Assembly: GCA_044339555.1 (NCBI GenBank)
Contig: JBIIVI010000001.1
Coordinates: forward strand, 1-47,523
Reading direction: 5' to 3'
Origin: Cyclobacteriaceae bacterium
Lineage (GTDB): Bacteria; Bacteroidota; Bacteroidia; Cytophagales; Cyclobacteriaceae
DNA length: 47,523 nucleotides
The position numbers and the translations under genes are program-made. A model generated the notes under the pieces. That model made no database searches, was not told the DNA's origin, and was given only the letters and a program-made list of their open reading frames with translations. This document shows, one piece after another, positions 47,401-47,523 of the stretch (positions are counted from its first letter, which is position 1; every line of letters starts with the position of its first letter).

Positions 47401-47523
47401 CTCGTCCTGAAAAAAGTTTACACTTTTTGGTTAGAAGTCCTGATTCAAATTTACACTTTTTAGTTAGTCCTGAAATCGCTTTACATTTGATTACCGGATG
47501 AAGCGGAAGCGGGCAATGCTGAG
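47398..47523. mobile_element. IS3-family-like terminus (partial) with triplicated end motif
   Basis: Begins 5'-TG; three copies of GTCCTGA-N6-TTTACA at 47404, 47437, 47467; no transposase inside the window. Confidence 0.55.

Noticed and set aside
47404-47485. CRISPR-like array from three spaced repeats
   Set aside because: Period only 30-33 nt, bipartite degenerate repeats, spacers too short, no cas genes; fits an IS end better

Overview
Bacteroidetes chromosomal segment, most likely Cytophagales (TAnnTTTG -7 promoter boxes, gldD, bS22, HU-TPR-bS22-rng and mutY-ssb order). The right two-thirds is mostly housekeeping or common accessory genes: mutS, iorAB-like molybdoenzyme, ltaE, rarA, htpG, rng, HU, mutY, ssb, gldD, recG, tRNA-fMet. 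The left 15 kb is accessory-rich. It holds a TonB receptor/lipoprotein pair with a palindromic operator, and a small toxin-antitoxin-like islet beside tRNA-Leu/tRNA-Gly (unannotated 54-aa ORF, CTG-start zeta-like ATPase, PemK/MazF remnant). Next comes a lipid-centred cluster: two acyl-CoA desaturases flank a C-terminally shortened ECF41-like sigma factor, with an ECF41-type promoter directly upstream of one desaturase, facing a Cys-rich ECF sigma and a frameshifted bacterial APCDD1-like gene. Features missed by the ORF track include bS22, a candidate structured ncRNA beside tRNA-fMet, and an IS-like end that truncates the last gene. All calls come from motif recognition by eye; no searches were run.
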